DNA from: a bacterium
GTDB lineage: Bacteria > Chloroflexota > Dormibacteria > Aeolococcales > Bog-877
Length of the DNA: 64,000 nucleotides
Assembly (NCBI GenBank): GCA_021827985.1
Contig: JAKATL010000007.1
Location: forward strand, 13,764 to 77,763
Direction of reading: 5' to 3'
This document shows, piece by piece, positions 1 through 9,636 of the stretch (its first letter is position 1; each line of letters opens with the position of its first letter). The position numbers and the translations under genes were made by a program. Below the pieces are notes generated by a model, which was not told where the DNA came from, did no database searches, and worked only from the letters and a program-made list of their open reading frames with translations.

Positions 1-147
1 GGTGAAGCCGCCGCCCACGATGGCGAAGTCGGCGGAGACGTTCCCCTCCAGGGGCGGCCGCGCCGATCCGGCCGGCCGCGAAAGCCAATAGCTGGGCTTT
101 GTCAGCCGTCCCCAGGCCCGATCCGGATCCTCGACTTCCATCTCCAT
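1..147 (-). CDS. FAD-dependent oxidoreductase, N-terminal fragment; gene continues beyond the window start
   Basis: Reverse-strand translation of nt 1-147 gives MEMEVEDPDRAWGRLTKPSYWLSRPAGSARPPLEGNVSADFAIVGGGFT. The ADFAIVGGGFTG segment is a dinucleotide-binding Rossmann GxGxxG motif. The frame is open to the window edge, so it is not in the ORF track. Confidence 0.4.
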   Translation of the reverse strand, partial: MEMEVEDPDRAWGRLTKPSYWLSRPAGSARPPLEGNVSADFAIVGGGFT

Positions 148-288
148 CTCCCACCCACCTCCGGGGACCCCATCACTTACCGCCGGCTGGGCCCGCCCTC
201 ACCGCCCATCTTGAGATCCGGATGGCGGCGCCGCAAGGCCCTGGAGCCCCTCCGCGAGCCCACGGGTGTCTATACTCTCCCGAGCGCC

Positions 289-1419
289 ATGCGCAGCGGG
301 CTCCACCGTCTTCTCCACATCCTCGCCTTGGCCCTGGGCCTCGGAGCCTGGTCAATTTTCGCCCTCACGCCCGCGGCCGCCGCCGCGTCGGCGCCCAAGG
401 CCCCGCCCGCCCCCTACGTGGTGGCCATAGCTCCGGGGCACGGCGGCTACGATCCCGGGGCGGTGTCGCCCTACAACGGGCTCGAGGAGAAGAACGTCAC
501 CCTCTCGGTTGGCTTGGACCTCCGGGCACTCCTGGAAGCAGAGGGGGTCAAGGTGGTGATGAGCCGGAGCACGGACACCTACGTGAGCATCGCCGGCATG
601 GAGGCGGTGGCCGAGAAGAACCACGCGAACGTCTTCGTAAGCCTCTGGGTGAACGACTGGAGCACCGCGAGCCTGGAAGGGGTGACCGTCTTCACCCCGC
701 ACCCCTCCGACACCCCCTTCGCCCAGGCGATCGACCAGGCCATGGGCAAGACCATCGCCCCATACGGGATGGGCAACCGGGGAATCCAACCGCTGCCCCA
801 GCTGTGGGTCCACGCCACCATGCCCACGGTCACCATCGAATCCGGGTTCATGAGCAACCAGAAGGACTCTGAGCTGCTGGCAGAGCCCGGCTTTCGGCAG
901 GCACTGGCCCAGGGGATCTATGACGGCGTCCTGGCCTTCGCCCCCCAGATCCAAACCATCCACGCCCAGCAGCTCGCCTACCAGGCGGCCCAGGCCCGGC
1001 AGGCGGCGGCCCGCCTGAAGGCTGCCAGGCAGGGGACCCTCATCTCGACGGTGAGGGGCTGGGCCGTGGTCGCGGGGATGACCGCGATCCTGCTCTTCCT
1101 GGCCCTCTACCGGGACACTCTGGGACGCGCCGAGCGCTGGGCCTACCGCAGGGTGCGCCGGGAGGTCGCCTCCCGGCTCTCAGACGCGCTCGCTGCCAGC
1201 CCTCGCACCGAACGCCGGGTGCCTGCCACCAGAGCCCGCCCCACTGCGGCCCGCCGCCAGGAGCGCCGCCCGGCACGCCGGCAGGGCAGGGGGGCGGAGC
1301 GGTGGAGGGTACCGGGGGCGGCGACCCACCCCAGCCGTGTGGTGGAGATGGTGCATCCGGACGAGCCGCTCCGCCGGAGGCGGGAGCGGGGCTCGATCTA
1401 TGACGACCTGCCCTTCTGA
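289..1419 (+). CDS. N-acetylmuramoyl-L-alanine amidase (Amidase_3 family) with signal peptide and C-terminal TM/Arg-rich tail
   Basis: A signal-like N-terminus (MRSGLHRLLHILALALGLGAWSIFALTPAAAAAS) is followed by the family pattern VVAIAPGHGGYDPGAV...EKNVTLSVGLDL...VVMSRSTDTYVS...ESGFMSNQKDSELL. The start was chosen at the second ATG, which precedes the signal peptide. Confidence 0.8.
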   Translation: MRSGLHRLLHILALALGLGAWSIFALTPAAAAASAPKAPPAPYVVAIAPGHGGYDPGAVSPYNGLEEKNVTLSVGLDLRALLEAEGVKVVMSRSTDTYVSIAGMEAVAEKNHANVFVSLWVNDWSTASLEGVTVFTPHPSDTPFAQAIDQAMGKTIAPYGMGNRGIQPLPQLWVHATMPTVTIESGFMSNQKDSELLAEPGFRQALAQGIYDGVLAFAPQIQTIHAQQLAYQAAQARQAAARLKAARQGTLISTVRGWAVVAGMTAILLFLALYRDTLGRAERWAYRRVRREVASRLSDALAASPRTERRVPATRARPTAARRQERRPARRQGRGAERWRVPGAATHPSRVVEMVHPDEPLRRRRERGSIYDDLPF

Positions 1420-1479
1420 CGGCTGGTCTGGCTCCCGCTCAAATAGGCCGCGATCCCGGCTGAGGCGTACCATCCGGCT

Positions 1480-1680
1480 ATGACCCACCTGCTGCGACAT
1501 CCCCTCTCTCTGGTTCTGGTGGTCCTGGTGGCCCTCTTCGTGGTCTTCTTCGTGGTGCTGCCGGCGCTCTCGCTGATCATCCATGTGGTGATAGCTCTGG
1601 CCATCATCTGGACCGTGCTCTCCCTCTTCCGCTTCCACCGCCATCACAAGCGGCGGGAGCAGGCACTGCGCAAGACGTAG
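1480..1680 (+). CDS. small hydrophobic membrane protein (hypothetical)
   Basis: 66-aa ORF with two predicted TM helices (LVLVVLVALFVVFFVVLPALSLIIHVVIALAIIWTVLSLF) and a basic C-terminus. Confidence 0.35.
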   Translation: MTHLLRHPLSLVLVVLVALFVVFFVVLPALSLIIHVVIALAIIWTVLSLFRFHRHHKRREQALRKT

Positions 1681-1712
1681 GGCCCGCCACTCCGACCGTG
1701 GCTGAGCTAGCC

Positions 1713-2066
1713 CTACAGCCGCGGCACGACCCGGTGTCCGGCGCCCGTGAGTGCCGCAACGGCCTCCTCGAGTCGGCCGGAGGGGACTAGGACGTGATCG
1801 GTGTCGAAGGTCGAGATCACGAAGACCGGAATGCCCGCCCGCGCCAGGGGCTCCAGCAGGGTCAGCAGCACCCCGATCAGGTCGTCGGCGAGCGGGCCTT
1901 CCACGCTCAGCAGCCGCCACGGTCCGCTGCGCCTTCCCCCGTCTGCCGAGAACTCCCAGGAGTGGACGATGGAGAGCTCGTCCGCGGTGCGGCTGACGCT
2001 GGCCCAGCCTCCGGACCAGGCCCACGTGGGGATCTCTGCCTCCGCCTCCAGTCGGGAGATGGCCAT
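1713..2066 (-). CDS. ACT domain-containing protein
   Basis: The C-terminal region LADDLIGVLLTLLEPLARAGIPVFVISTFDTDHVLVPSGRLEEAVAALTGAGHRV has the ACT-fold pattern. The start was trimmed to the internal ATG (MAISRLEA) because the longer ORF would overlap the CBS gene. Confidence 0.55.
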   Translation of the reverse strand: MAISRLEAEAEIPTWAWSGGWASVSRTADELSIVHSWEFSADGGRRSGPWRLLSVEGPLADDLIGVLLTLLEPLARAGIPVFVISTFDTDHVLVPSGRLEEAVAALTGAGHRVVPRL

Positions 2067-2145
2067 CTCCGTCGGTGAGAGGTGCAGGGTCCTCACTCGG
2101 GAGACAGTACCGGCAGGGGCGGGAGGCGCGCCAGGGGATTCCTCC

Positions 2146-2643
2146 TCAGAGGCCGGGCCAGGAGTCCTCGAGGTGGAACTCGCTCGCCGGTCCACCGCAA
2201 TCGGGGCAGTTGGGTGGGGGGGTGAGCCCCCGCTGGGAGGCTCCGCACCGGCCGCAGACCCAGACGTGGTGGCAGAGGTACGAGACGAGGGCGGTGCGGG
2301 ACAGCCTCCCGACCAACTTGCCGTGGCTGACCACCGGCAGGCTGCTGAGGCGGCGGTTGAGGAGCAGGTCAGCGGCCTCGGTGAGCGGGCGTTCCTCGTC
2401 CAGGGTCTGGGCGGGAGCGGCCATGAAGTCCTCGACGGTGTGGCCGCGCCGGCGGGTGAGCTCCCGCGGACCGAGGGTCCCCACCACCTCCATGTGCTCG
2501 TTGACCACTGGGGCCGTGACCAGGCGGCGCCTCCTCAGGGTGCTCACCGCCACAGACCCGGGCGTATGGCTGGGGATGGAAACCACGTCCCGGCTCATGA
2601 CCTCCCAGACCCTCGGCAGTGCGGTCTCGGTACCCATGCGCAT
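2146..2643 (-). CDS. CBS-pair domain protein with C-terminal Cys4 zinc ribbon
   Basis: CBS motifs: VMSRDVVSIPSHTPGSVAVSTLRRRRLVTAPVVNEHMEVVGTLGPREL and LSSLPVVSHGKLVGRLSRTALVSY. A C-terminal CGRCG...CPDCG zinc ribbon follows. Confidence 0.7.
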   Translation of the reverse strand: MRMGTETALPRVWEVMSRDVVSIPSHTPGSVAVSTLRRRRLVTAPVVNEHMEVVGTLGPRELTRRRGHTVEDFMAAPAQTLDEERPLTEAADLLLNRRLSSLPVVSHGKLVGRLSRTALVSYLCHHVWVCGRCGASQRGLTPPPNCPDCGGPASEFHLEDSWPGL

Positions 2644-2716
2644 CCCTCCGACTCTCCAGCGGGGCCAAACCCCAGCCCGAGCCTAGACTAGACCTCCAAC
2701 GATCCCCAGCGGGAAA

Positions 2717-3532
2717 TCACCCGGGTGTGGCCGACTCGGCGAGGGGGGCGGCGGCGAGCTGCAGCTGCAATTCGGCCGGCCGGAAGCCGAGCTCCTGGTA
2801 TAGGCATACGGCCGGCCCACTCGGATCCGCCACGATCACCAGGCGTCGCGCCGCAAGGTGGGTGGCGGCGTGGCGGGACGCTGCCACCAGGACGGCGCTG
2901 GCGAGTCCCTGGCGGCGGTGATTCGGATGGGTCTGCACGTGCTGGAAGCGGGCGGTGCCGCCCGTTCCGCCTACGATCCCGCATCCGGAGACCAGCTCTC
3001 CCTTCCGGAAGGCACCGAAGAAGGCGGCGCGACCGGTGGCTTCCAACCGCCGAAAGTCCGCCTGCCGGGCGGCCTGGAACTCGGGACCGCCCTCGCCAGA
3101 CCAGCAGGCCGCCGTGAGGCGCCGCTGTCTGTCCCAGTCGTCCTCGCCGGCCAGCCGCCGCACGACGGTGGCGGCCGGAGGGCGCCGGGGGGAGGAGAGC
3201 CTCTCGGCCAGCAGGGCCCGGTCCACGGTCAGCTCCAACCCGGCTCGGATCATGGGCTGAAGGCGGCCCGCCCCGCGGTCCGAGCCACGGTCCCATCCAA
3301 TCGCCACATGCAAGGCTCCCGGGAAGGCCTCGCGGAAGGTCTGGAGCCACCGGGAAGCGTCCTCCACCGGCGCCGTGCCGGAAAGGAGGATGAAGTTGCC
3401 CCAGTAGAAATATGGGTTGTGGGGCGCGCGCACCACCAGGTGGTCCTCGCCGTCCTCCACCTTGGCTCCGGCCAGGCGCAGGACCATGAGGTCGGTGCGG
3501 AACGCCAGTGTCCGGGCTTGCACCGGCGCCAC
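2717..3532 (-). CDS. GNAT family N-acetyltransferase
   Basis: The acetyl-CoA-binding motif RRQGLASAVLVAASRHAATHLAARRLVIVADPSGPAVCLYQELGF (Q/RxxGxG/A) lies in the C-terminal half. Confidence 0.7.
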   Translation of the reverse strand: MAPVQARTLAFRTDLMVLRLAGAKVEDGEDHLVVRAPHNPYFYWGNFILLSGTAPVEDASRWLQTFREAFPGALHVAIGWDRGSDRGAGRLQPMIRAGLELTVDRALLAERLSSPRRPPAATVVRRLAGEDDWDRQRRLTAACWSGEGGPEFQAARQADFRRLEATGRAAFFGAFRKGELVSGCGIVGGTGGTARFQHVQTHPNHRRQGLASAVLVAASRHAATHLAARRLVIVADPSGPAVCLYQELGFRPAELQLQLAAAPLAESATPG

Positions 3533-3735
3533 GGTACCACCCGCGGGCGAGGCGCCCGCCCAGCCAATCCTCAGGATGACCCGCTAGCCTGGCAGCAGCC
3601 ATTCCCAGCGGGGCGGACGGATGTCGGCGGAGCACCTCGGCCGGCGCCGGTCCACCTGCCTCAAGCCGCACAACCTTCGCCCGGGGATACCCGCCTCCCC
3701 GGCCTGATGAGAGCCCGCCCCGGCCCGGAGTCCAG

Positions 3736-5739
3736 ATGAGTCGCCTTCCGCCAGTACTGCGCCGCTCCTCGCGACCTCAGTGGTTCCTGGCCGCCCTCGG
3801 CGCCCTGGGGGCTCTGGTGCTCAGCGCCACGGGGTGCGCCACCCACCCGGTAAAGGTTGCCAAACCTTCCTCGCCGCTTCCTTCCCCCTCCGTGGCACCC
3901 CTGCAGCTGCCCGCCGCTGAGTCCGGGGTCCTGCCCTGGTCACTTCCCAACCCCATCAGCCGCGAGGTGCTACTACCGGGACCGGGAGCCGGCCAGCTGA
4001 CCGTCCTGGGGGGCCTCGAGGCCGGGGGGGGATCAGCGTCGGGCGTCTTCACGTTGAGCACCTCCAACGGGGCGCTCGCCGGTTCGGGCTCCCTTTTGGC
4101 ACCGCTCCATGACGCTGCTGGAGTGGTCCTGGGCGGGCAGCCGGTGGTGTTCGGTGGAGGCGTGGTGGCCAGCTCGGCCGCGGTGCAGCGGCTTCCCGCC
4201 GCACTCGGGTCTGCTATCCCGGCCGGCAACCTTCCCCAGGCCCGCTCCGATTCGGCGGCCCTGACCATCGGTGGGACGGCCTACGTGATCGGTGGCTATG
4301 ACGGCAGCTCCTTCGATGCCGCGGTCCTCGCCACCACCGACGGCGCGAGCTTCAAGTCGGTGGCCCAGCTCCCGGTACCCGTGCGCTACCCCGCGGTCGC
4401 CGCGCTGGGGGGCCTGATCTACGTCTTCGGCGGTCAGACGGCGGACGGAGAGCCCACCGCCGCTGTCCAGCAGATCGACCCGGCCACCGGGGCCGCCCGC
4501 ATGGTGGGATCCCTGCCCGAGCCGCTCACCGGCGCCAGCGCTGCCGCTCTCGCCGGTACGGTGTACGTGGCCGGAGGTGAGACCTCCGCGGTGGGGGGGA
4601 CCGCCCCCAACGGCACCATCTGGGCCTTTGACCCGCAGTCCTACCAGCTCCTCGCCGCCGGGCAGCTCCGGGTCCCGGTGTCCCACGCCGCCATCGCGGT
4701 GCTGGGGGAGCGCGCGTGGTTGGTGGGCGGGGAGGGTGCCCAGGGCCCGGTGTCCGCGGTGCAGATGCTCATCCCCAACCCGGGGTTCGGGATGGCCGGG
4801 GAGGCCGGTGCCGGCTCCCCCTATTTCGGCGGCAACCTGCTGATCGCCGACGCCGGCGCCAACCGGGTTCTGCTGCTCAACCCGGAGGGGCAGGTCATCT
4901 GGACCTACCCCAACCCCTCCGCCCCACCGCCCCCGGGTGGCTTCTTCTACCCCGACGATGCGTTCTTTGCCAACCAGGGCACCAGCATCATCATGAATAT
5001 GGAGAGCTACCAGGAGATCGTCAAGATCGCCTACCCCTCCGGCAAGGTCCTCTGGACCTATGGTCACCCGGGGGTGGCCGGAAGTGCTCCGGGATACCTA
5101 AACACCCCAGACGACGCCTACCAGCTGAAGTCCGGGCAGGTCTCAGTGGCCGACATCGCCAACTGCCGGGTACTGATCATCAACCCCAACGGGTCTGTCG
5201 CCGGCCAGATCGGGGCCACCAGGTCCTGTGTGCACGCCCCTCCCACCCACCTGGGGTCACCCAACGGCGACACCCCGCTGCCCAACGGCAATCTCCTGAT
5301 TTCCGAGATCAGCGGGGGGTGGGTGAGCGAGTACACCCCGCAGGGCCATCTGGTGTGGACGGCCCGCCTCAACCTGACCTACCCCTCGGATCCGCAGCAG
5401 ATCGGGGCCAACACCTACCTCATCGCTGGATACACCAACCCCGGCGTGATCCTGGAGTTCAACAGCCAGGGGCAGACGCTCTACCGCTACCAGGTGAGCT
5501 CCGGACCGGGAGCGCTGAACCACCCCTCGCTGGTCGAGCTGCTTCCCAGCGGCGTGTTCATGCTCAACGACGACCATAACGACCGCATGATCGCCATCGA
5601 CCCGGCCACCGGGGCGTCGGTCTGGCAGTACGGCGTCAAGGGGGTGCCCGGCACGGCGCCGGGCTACCTGGTTGAGCCGGATGGATTCGACCTGCTGATG
5701 GCTGGAGGGGCGACCCCGACCCACCCGGGCACTGGCTGA
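3736..5739 (+). CDS. lipoprotein with Kelch repeats and a C-terminal beta-propeller (arylsulfotransferase/NHL-like) domain
   Basis: Lipobox LSATGC follows a signal peptide. Repeated Kelch-like units (GGYDGSSFDAAVLATTDG, GGLIYVFGGQTADGEP, GTVYVAGGETSAVGG, ERAWLVGGEG) are followed by a second repeat domain (NLLIADAGANRVLLLNPEG, VADIANCRVLIINPNG). Confidence 0.75.
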   Translation: MSRLPPVLRRSSRPQWFLAALGALGALVLSATGCATHPVKVAKPSSPLPSPSVAPLQLPAAESGVLPWSLPNPISREVLLPGPGAGQLTVLGGLEAGGGSASGVFTLSTSNGALAGSGSLLAPLHDAAGVVLGGQPVVFGGGVVASSAAVQRLPAALGSAIPAGNLPQARSDSAALTIGGTAYVIGGYDGSSFDAAVLATTDGASFKSVAQLPVPVRYPAVAALGGLIYVFGGQTADGEPTAAVQQIDPATGAARMVGSLPEPLTGASAAALAGTVYVAGGETSAVGGTAPNGTIWAFDPQSYQLLAAGQLRVPVSHAAIAVLGERAWLVGGEGAQGPVSAVQMLIPNPGFGMAGEAGAGSPYFGGNLLIADAGANRVLLLNPEGQVIWTYPNPSAPPPPGGFFYPDDAFFANQGTSIIMNMESYQEIVKIAYPSGKVLWTYGHPGVAGSAPGYLNTPDDAYQLKSGQVSVADIANCRVLIINPNGSVAGQIGATRSCVHAPPTHLGSPNGDTPLPNGNLLISEISGGWVSEYTPQGHLVWTARLNLTYPSDPQQIGANTYLIAGYTNPGVILEFNSQGQTLYRYQVSSGPGALNHPSLVELLPSGVFMLNDDHNDRMIAIDPATGASVWQYGVKGVPGTAPGYLVEPDGFDLLMAGGATPTHPGTG

Positions 5740-6040
5740 GGGCCAGGTCCGAGCCGGCCTGCCAGTCGCCCTCCACGGCGCACTCCGGGGGGTGGGCGGC
5801 GACGTTCCTGCGGTCAATGGGTTTGCGGCCCGGGGCGGATGCCAGCTGCTCATGGAGTGCCGGCCCCGCCATCCCACCCGGCCAGCGCCGGGTCCCCGAC
5901 CGCTAGAGCCGAGGCCGCTCCAGGGGACCCTGCTGGAGGACGAATCGGTGCGCCGTCCGGCACACCAGCGGCGGGGCGATTCTGGCCACCTGGGCGGCTT
6001 AGGTGGTGGGTGGGAGGCCGGAGCCTCCCACCCAGCCAGG

Positions 6041-6622
6041 TCAGCCGTCTGAGGGCTGGGGCGACTGGCTCGAGTCACCGCCCGAGCTGTTCTGGTCGGG
6101 GCTGCTCCCAGAGCCTGCCGGTGTCGCCGTGGCCTCGGGAGTCTGGTGCGACTCCGGCGTCTGCTGAGCCTCCGGGGTCTGCCGGGCGTCGGGAGTATCC
6201 GTGGGCTCCGGTGTCCGGCTCGGGTCGGGGGTCTCCGCCGAGGTCGGGGAGGGGCCGGTCAGGGTGCCCAGCTGCGGGGGGCTGGACTCGCTCAAGTGGG
6301 CGGCCAGTACCGAGTCATTGCTGGCGCGCACCGACAGGGAGTAGGTGGCGCCATTGGGTGCCTGGACCACGACGTCGTAGACCGCAACGCCGTGTTCCGT
6401 GTCCGCCTCGGTCCGCAACACCTTGGCCGTCCCGGCACCGGGGTAGTGCTGGCTGACATAGGTCAGGGCTGCCTGGTCGGCGGCCGCAACCGGGCTGTTC
6501 GCCGCCACCAGGTTGACCCGGGTGGGGACGGGAGTGGCGCCGCCGCCCCGGGTGGTGGCCCAGACCCCTCCCACCACCGCCACCGCTCCGATCGCGATGC
6601 CTGCCGCTGCGGTTCTCATCAT
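6041..6622 (-). CDS. PepSY domain protein with Pro/Thr/Ser-rich C-terminal tail (secreted/membrane-anchored)
   Basis: A GGAGGAG RBS sits 5 nt upstream of the ATGATG start. A signal/TM segment (MMRTAAAGIAIGAVAVVGGVWA) precedes a PepSY-like core (ALTYVSQHYPGAGTAKVLRTEADTEHGVAVYDVVVQAPNGATYSLSV). The tail is low-complexity TPEPTDTPDARQTPEAQQTPE. Confidence 0.65.
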   Translation of the reverse strand: MMRTAAAGIAIGAVAVVGGVWATTRGGGATPVPTRVNLVAANSPVAAADQAALTYVSQHYPGAGTAKVLRTEADTEHGVAVYDVVVQAPNGATYSLSVRASNDSVLAAHLSESSPPQLGTLTGPSPTSAETPDPSRTPEPTDTPDARQTPEAQQTPESHQTPEATATPAGSGSSPDQNSSGGDSSQSPQPSDG

Positions 6623-6708
6623 CAGTCTCCTCCAAAAGGCGCTCCGTGCGCTTCTTCGAGGATTCACCCTGGGGATGAGCCGATCGTGGGAGGGGGATTA
6701 GATTCTCT

Positions 6709-7398
6709 TCAGTTCCCCTGACCGGGAACCGGGAGCAGCCGGTACCCGGCGCCCCGGACGGTGTGAATCAGCGGGGCCAGGCCCTCTCGATTCAGCTTCC
6801 GGCGCAGGTAGCTCACGTAGACATCGACCACATTGCTGCCCGGATCGAAGTCGTACTCCCACACCCGGTTCAGAATCTGGGTGCGCGACAGCACCTGGTG
6901 GGGGTGGCGCATGAAGAGCTCCAGGAGCGCCCACTCCCGGTGGGCCAGTTCGATGCGGCGGTCCGCCCGGAAGGCCATCTTGGAGAGCAGGTCCAGTCTC
7001 AGGTCGCCCACCTCCAGCTCGGTGGACACCGTCTGCTCCTTGGTCCGCAGCGCCGCCCGCACCCGCGCCAGCAGCTCGTCGAAGGAGAATGGCTTGGTCA
7101 CGTAGTCGGTGGCCCCAGCGTCCAGCCCTGCCACCTTGCTGGCGACGTCGTCGCGGGCGGTGAGGATGATCACTGGGAGCCCGGGCCTCTTGGCTCTCCA
7201 GAGGCGGAGAACCTCGAGCCCGTCTCTGTCGGGGAGACCGAGGTCGAGGAGCGCAAGATCCAGATCCTCGCCGCTGGCGTCCACCACGCCCAGGGCGGTG
7301 CGCGCATCCGGCGCTCGGGTTACCGCGTACCCCTCCGCCTGCAGGCCCTTGGCGAGAAAGGCCGCGATTCGAGCGTCGTCCTCCACCAACAGGATCAT
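6709..7398 (-). CDS. OmpR-family response regulator (REC + winged-helix)
   Basis: The REC domain shows MILLVEDDARIAAFL...LALLDLGLPDRDGLEVL...PVIILTARDD...GATDYVTKPFSFDELLARV. The C-terminal winged-helix (LSRTQILNRVWEYDFDPGSNVVDVYVSYLRRKL) is characteristic of OmpR. The start was trimmed to MILLVEDD and overlaps the kinase stop by 4 nt. Confidence 0.9.
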   Translation of the reverse strand: MILLVEDDARIAAFLAKGLQAEGYAVTRAPDARTALGVVDASGEDLDLALLDLGLPDRDGLEVLRLWRAKRPGLPVIILTARDDVASKVAGLDAGATDYVTKPFSFDELLARVRAALRTKEQTVSTELEVGDLRLDLLSKMAFRADRRIELAHREWALLELFMRHPHQVLSRTQILNRVWEYDFDPGSNVVDVYVSYLRRKLNREGLAPLIHTVRGAGYRLLPVPGQGN

Positions 7399-8816
7399 TC
7401 CACCTCCTCCTCGTCCGCGGCCCCCGCCCAGAGACACGCTGGCGGCAGCACCAGGACGACCGAGGTCCCCCGTCCCGGAGCGCTGCTCAACTCCACGTGA
7501 CCGCCGTGGCCCTCGACCACGGCCTTGACGATTGCCAGTCCCAGCCCGGCTCCCCGCGGGCCGCCATGGGCCCCCCGGCGGAAGCGGTCGAAGACCGCCT
7601 CCTGGAGCTCGGGGTCGATGCCGGAGCCGGTGTCGGTGACGGAGAGGCGGACCCCTGGCCCGCAGCTCGCGCCCAGGGTGATGGAGTCACCCTCCACGGT
7701 GGCCTTGACCGCGTTGTCCAGCAGGTTGAGCAGGGCGCCGCGGAGCTTGGCTGGATCGACCACCACCACCGCGTCCGGCACCGGATCCAGCACCCAGTGC
7801 CGCGGGGCCAGAACCTGGGCCGCGGCCGAGAGGTCGGCCATGAACGATCTGAGGTCCACCAGCTCACGCTGGATGAAATCAGGCTCCAGGGAGTGTCCCA
7901 GCAGGAGCAGCTGGTCAACCATGGCACTCATCTGGTCCAGCTCTTCCACCACCACGGCAGTCGTCTCCCCCACCTCGACGGGGTCGACGGCGCCGCCCCT
8001 CCGCAGCACCTCGAGGTGTCCCTTGGCGATGGTGAGTGGTGTCCTCAGCTGGTGGGAGACGTCTGAGAGCAGGGCGCGCTGGGCGGCCACGGTCGCCGAG
8101 ATCCGGCCCAGGAGCTCGTCGAACGCCGCTGCCATCCGCCCCACCTCGTCGTCCGCGCCCCGGTATCCCACGCGGCGGGTCAGGTCGCCCGAACTGGCCT
8201 CCACCGCCGTCTGGGTCAGCGCCCCAACGGTGCGCAGCACCCGCCGGAGGATGAGGTAGGCGCTGAGAAGCGCGACCACCAGAGCGACGGCTGCCTCCGC
8301 CGCGGCGAGGAGCGCCACCTGGCCGGTCTCACTCTGGAGGCGGCTCAGGCTGCCGGCGGCGATGATCACTCCGTGGACCTTCCCACCTTCCACGATCGGG
8401 CTGGCCAGCGCGAGATAGGGGGTGGTGCCCAGGGAGAGGTTCAGGGTTCTGGTGCTCCGGGGAGGGTTCAGCAGGGCCTGGCGCACGAGAGGCGCCCTGG
8501 TCATCTCTCCCGCCGCTCCGCTTCCCAGGACCGGTTGGTGGCTGACCGCGATCAGCATCACCTCCCCCGGCGGCAGCGGATGGGTGAGGAGGTAACCCCG
8601 GCTGAAGGCCTCGAGGCTCTGGCCCGGAGGGCGGGTCCCGAAGGAGGCGGCATACCCGCTCAGCTCATCTCCCAGATCCGCTAGGACGGTGTTCTGGTAG
8701 TGGGCTGAGAAGTCTCGGACCACCTGCAGGAGAACGACTCCCAGCACCAGGGCGAGCACAAAGGCATGCAGCAGGAGGAGCCTTGCCGCCGTGCCTAGCC
8801 TCGGAACCCTCAGCAT
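7395..8816 (-). CDS. sensor histidine kinase (2 TM, HAMP, HisKA, HATPase_c)
   Basis: The H-box is LLSDVSHQLRTPLTIAKGHLEVL. N, G1 and G2 boxes follow (LLDNAVKAT, VTDTGSGIDPE, GAGLGLAIVKAVVEGHGG). The N-terminus has TM segments, and the gene is co-oriented and overlapping with the downstream regulator. Confidence 0.9.
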   Translation of the reverse strand: MLRVPRLGTAARLLLLHAFVLALVLGVVLLQVVRDFSAHYQNTVLADLGDELSGYAASFGTRPPGQSLEAFSRGYLLTHPLPPGEVMLIAVSHQPVLGSGAAGEMTRAPLVRQALLNPPRSTRTLNLSLGTTPYLALASPIVEGGKVHGVIIAAGSLSRLQSETGQVALLAAAEAAVALVVALLSAYLILRRVLRTVGALTQTAVEASSGDLTRRVGYRGADDEVGRMAAAFDELLGRISATVAAQRALLSDVSHQLRTPLTIAKGHLEVLRRGGAVDPVEVGETTAVVVEELDQMSAMVDQLLLLGHSLEPDFIQRELVDLRSFMADLSAAAQVLAPRHWVLDPVPDAVVVVDPAKLRGALLNLLDNAVKATVEGDSITLGASCGPGVRLSVTDTGSGIDPELQEAVFDRFRRGAHGGPRGAGLGLAIVKAVVEGHGGHVELSSAPGRGTSVVLVLPPACLWAGAADEEEVE

Positions 8817-8877
8817 CCCACTCGGGCCCGTGCCCACGGCCACCGGCACCCCCGGCGTACCCGGGTATGGGGCGGCC

Positions 8878-9195
8878 TCAGCTGTCGCTGCCAGAGCAGG
8901 AGTCTCCGCCTGGGCAGGTGCCCTTGCCGTCCGTGGACTCCGGGGTGGGCACGGTGATCACCCGGGCGGGAGGAGTCACCGTCTCCACCGGCTCACCCGC
9001 GACCGAGATGCCCGTGTACGGTGACGCCGCCGCCGAAGGATTGCCGGAGCCGAGCCGGACTGCAGACGGAACGCTGCCTGAGCGCAGTGACAGGTTAGGC
9101 CCCAACAGCAGGGCCAGAGCCAGGGCGCATCCCACCGCCAGTGACAGCCAGGCGGTCCTCGGGATGTGGGGTGGCGCCGGGATCCGGTTCAACAA
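8878..9195 (-). CDS. small secreted/membrane-anchored hypothetical protein upstream of the two-component operon
   Basis: 105-aa ORF with a signal anchor (AWLSLAVGCALALALLLG) and a Cys-rich C-terminus (GTCPGGDSCSGSDS). No recognisable domain. Confidence 0.4.
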   Translation of the reverse strand: MLNRIPAPPHIPRTAWLSLAVGCALALALLLGPNLSLRSGSVPSAVRLGSGNPSAAASPYTGISVAGEPVETVTPPARVITVPTPESTDGKGTCPGGDSCSGSDS

Positions 9196-9636
9196 GCGGG
9201 TACCTCCGGGTTGGAGGGTGAGACCAGTCTATGAGTCGATGATTGGCTGAACATTAGATGCATCTCATGTGACCTCGGCCTAGGGGGCGATCCTCCAGCC
9301 TGAGGCGGCCCGGGCCTGGAAGTGGAGTGGAGGCCCCCCGTGACTGCCGACCCGCGGATATCATGGTGCCGAGGGTCACTGCTCCCTCGACCTCCAAGCA
9401 GCCCTCCCGGCTGGATAGTGGTTGCCGTGGGCGACGCGGCAGCCCAGGGAGGTGTCTTGAGTTCTGGGTGGAGTTTTCCTTCGACGAGGATTGGAGCCGG
9501 GCTCCCGCAGATGCTCGTTTCCGGGTACCGTCGGCGCCCTCTGCTGAGGGGAGGGCCGACCCGGGGGTCCCTCGCCCCCCTCGGTCACCACCCAACGCCG
9601 CCATCCCCGGCGCCTACGTGGTCATCCATTTGTGCC

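Noticed and set aside
99-963. ORFs 99..872(+), 352..963(-) and 579..857(-) overlapping the amidase gene
   Set aside because: The translations are Arg/Gly/Pro-rich. They are alternate-frame or antisense artefacts of a ~70% GC genome. The amidase frame has clear family motifs.
4033-5067. 344-aa antisense ORF inside the Kelch/beta-propeller lipoprotein gene
   Set aside because: Non-protein-like sequence on the opposite strand of a well-supported gene.
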